The notes below the pieces were generated by a model. That model saw only the letters and a program-made list of their open reading frames with translations. It made no database searches and had not been told where the DNA came from. Shown here piece by piece: positions 63,575-64,000 of a stretch of DNA of 64,000 bases. This stretch comes from the human T2T-CHM13v2.0 reference genome, Homo sapiens. The translations under genes were made by a program, and so were the position numbers. Within the stretch, counting starts at the first letter, position 1, and every line of letters starts with the position of its first letter. The stretch is taken from assembly GCF_009914755.1 (NCBI RefSeq), contig NC_060931.1; one strand, 5' to 3'.

Positions 63575-63798
63575 CAAAAGGTGTAAAGGTGAAAAGTGGC
63601 TGTGAAAATTAGTTCTGAAGAATCTTTAATAAGAGAAAAGACAAGCACTCCATTGGTTAGCTTAAAATTATTTTCTAAGAAAGTTTCCTGGGAGAAAGAC
63701 TCCCTTGAATTCTCTTTCATTGCATAAATTTGAGGAAAGTTCACGTTTGAAAGTCTAATGCAAAATTTTAACCACCACAGTTCAGTTTTGAGTAATTT
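63575..63798 (-). pseudogene. Fossil exon A (224 nt, phase 0>2): KLLKTELWWLKFCIRLSNVNFPQIYAM...LTNGVLVFSLIKDSSELIFTATFHLYTF(W)
   Basis: Acceptor ...atatgcag|AAA, donor TTG|gtgaaa. 74 open codons; the terminal TG joins G of the next exon to give Trp. Confidence 0.7.
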
Positions 63799-64000
63799 CT
63801 GCATATATTTTAACAGTCACAATGATACAAAACAGGAAGAAAAACGTAATGTCAAAGCTGTTATTTCTAGGATTTCAGAGATTAGTTTCTGGATGAATCC
63901 AATATGCTTGAGCCAATAATGCTCCAAGCAAAACAAATTAAATTTCATTAGGTCTTTCCAGGCCTCAGGACAAGTGAAAATTCTGTGTGATACTTGTCTC

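Larger units (their letters stand above)
6785..63798 (-). pseudogene. Decayed multi-exon (unprocessed, probably unitary) pseudogene encoding tandem degenerate NDK/NME-like domains; 5' end lies beyond the window
   Basis: About 15 AG..GT-bounded segments in unique DNA between repeats. Splice phases chain consistently (63798-63575 > 62843-62756 > 62668-62582 > 62129-61720 > 53362-53302 > 52878-52642 > 40663-40548 > 35720-35563 ...). Translations show NDK-ordered motifs (IGPGNYAVIVVDKWSGLTA; TIFILALVHVKE/KYFSQLLYSIAASGFQIK; INKIIGLICKDLAITGLRV; GICLTMCIR) with in-frame stops and frameshifts. Confidence 0.72.

Noticed and set aside
6785-63798. Assigning the fossil to a named gene (NME7, NME8, NME9, DNAAF8)
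   Set aside because: Similarity is motif-level only and far below ortholog identity; no symbol can be supported without a search.

Overview
AT-rich human genomic DNA (Alu, L1PA, LTR12 and an L1HS-Ta-type 3' end), about half interspersed repeats, with no intact protein-coding gene. Most ORF-track entries are repeat-derived or chance. The main non-repeat signal is a chain of about 15 exon-like segments on the minus strand (about 63,800 down to about 6,800, entering from beyond the right edge). They are bounded by AG/GT, are mostly phase-compatible when spliced in order, and carry scattered stops and frameshifts. The reconstructed protein repeatedly matches the motif order of nucleoside-diphosphate-kinase (NDK/NME) domains, so it looks like a decayed multi-exon gene with tandem degenerate NDK-like domains (reminiscent of ciliary NME7/8/9). 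I cannot name the gene. The NDK comparison is by eye against remembered NME7 sequence and needs a database check. Other notable structures: an ERV-L RT fragment, an ancient RTE/L4-like LINE, nested insertions with target-site duplications (TSDs), a solo LTR12 in sense with the fossil gene, an inverted (twin-primed) L1MA, a 48-bp antisense Alu piece between two poly(A) runs, and an L1HS-Ta-like insert without a clear TSD. Repeat subfamily names and many boundaries are approximate.
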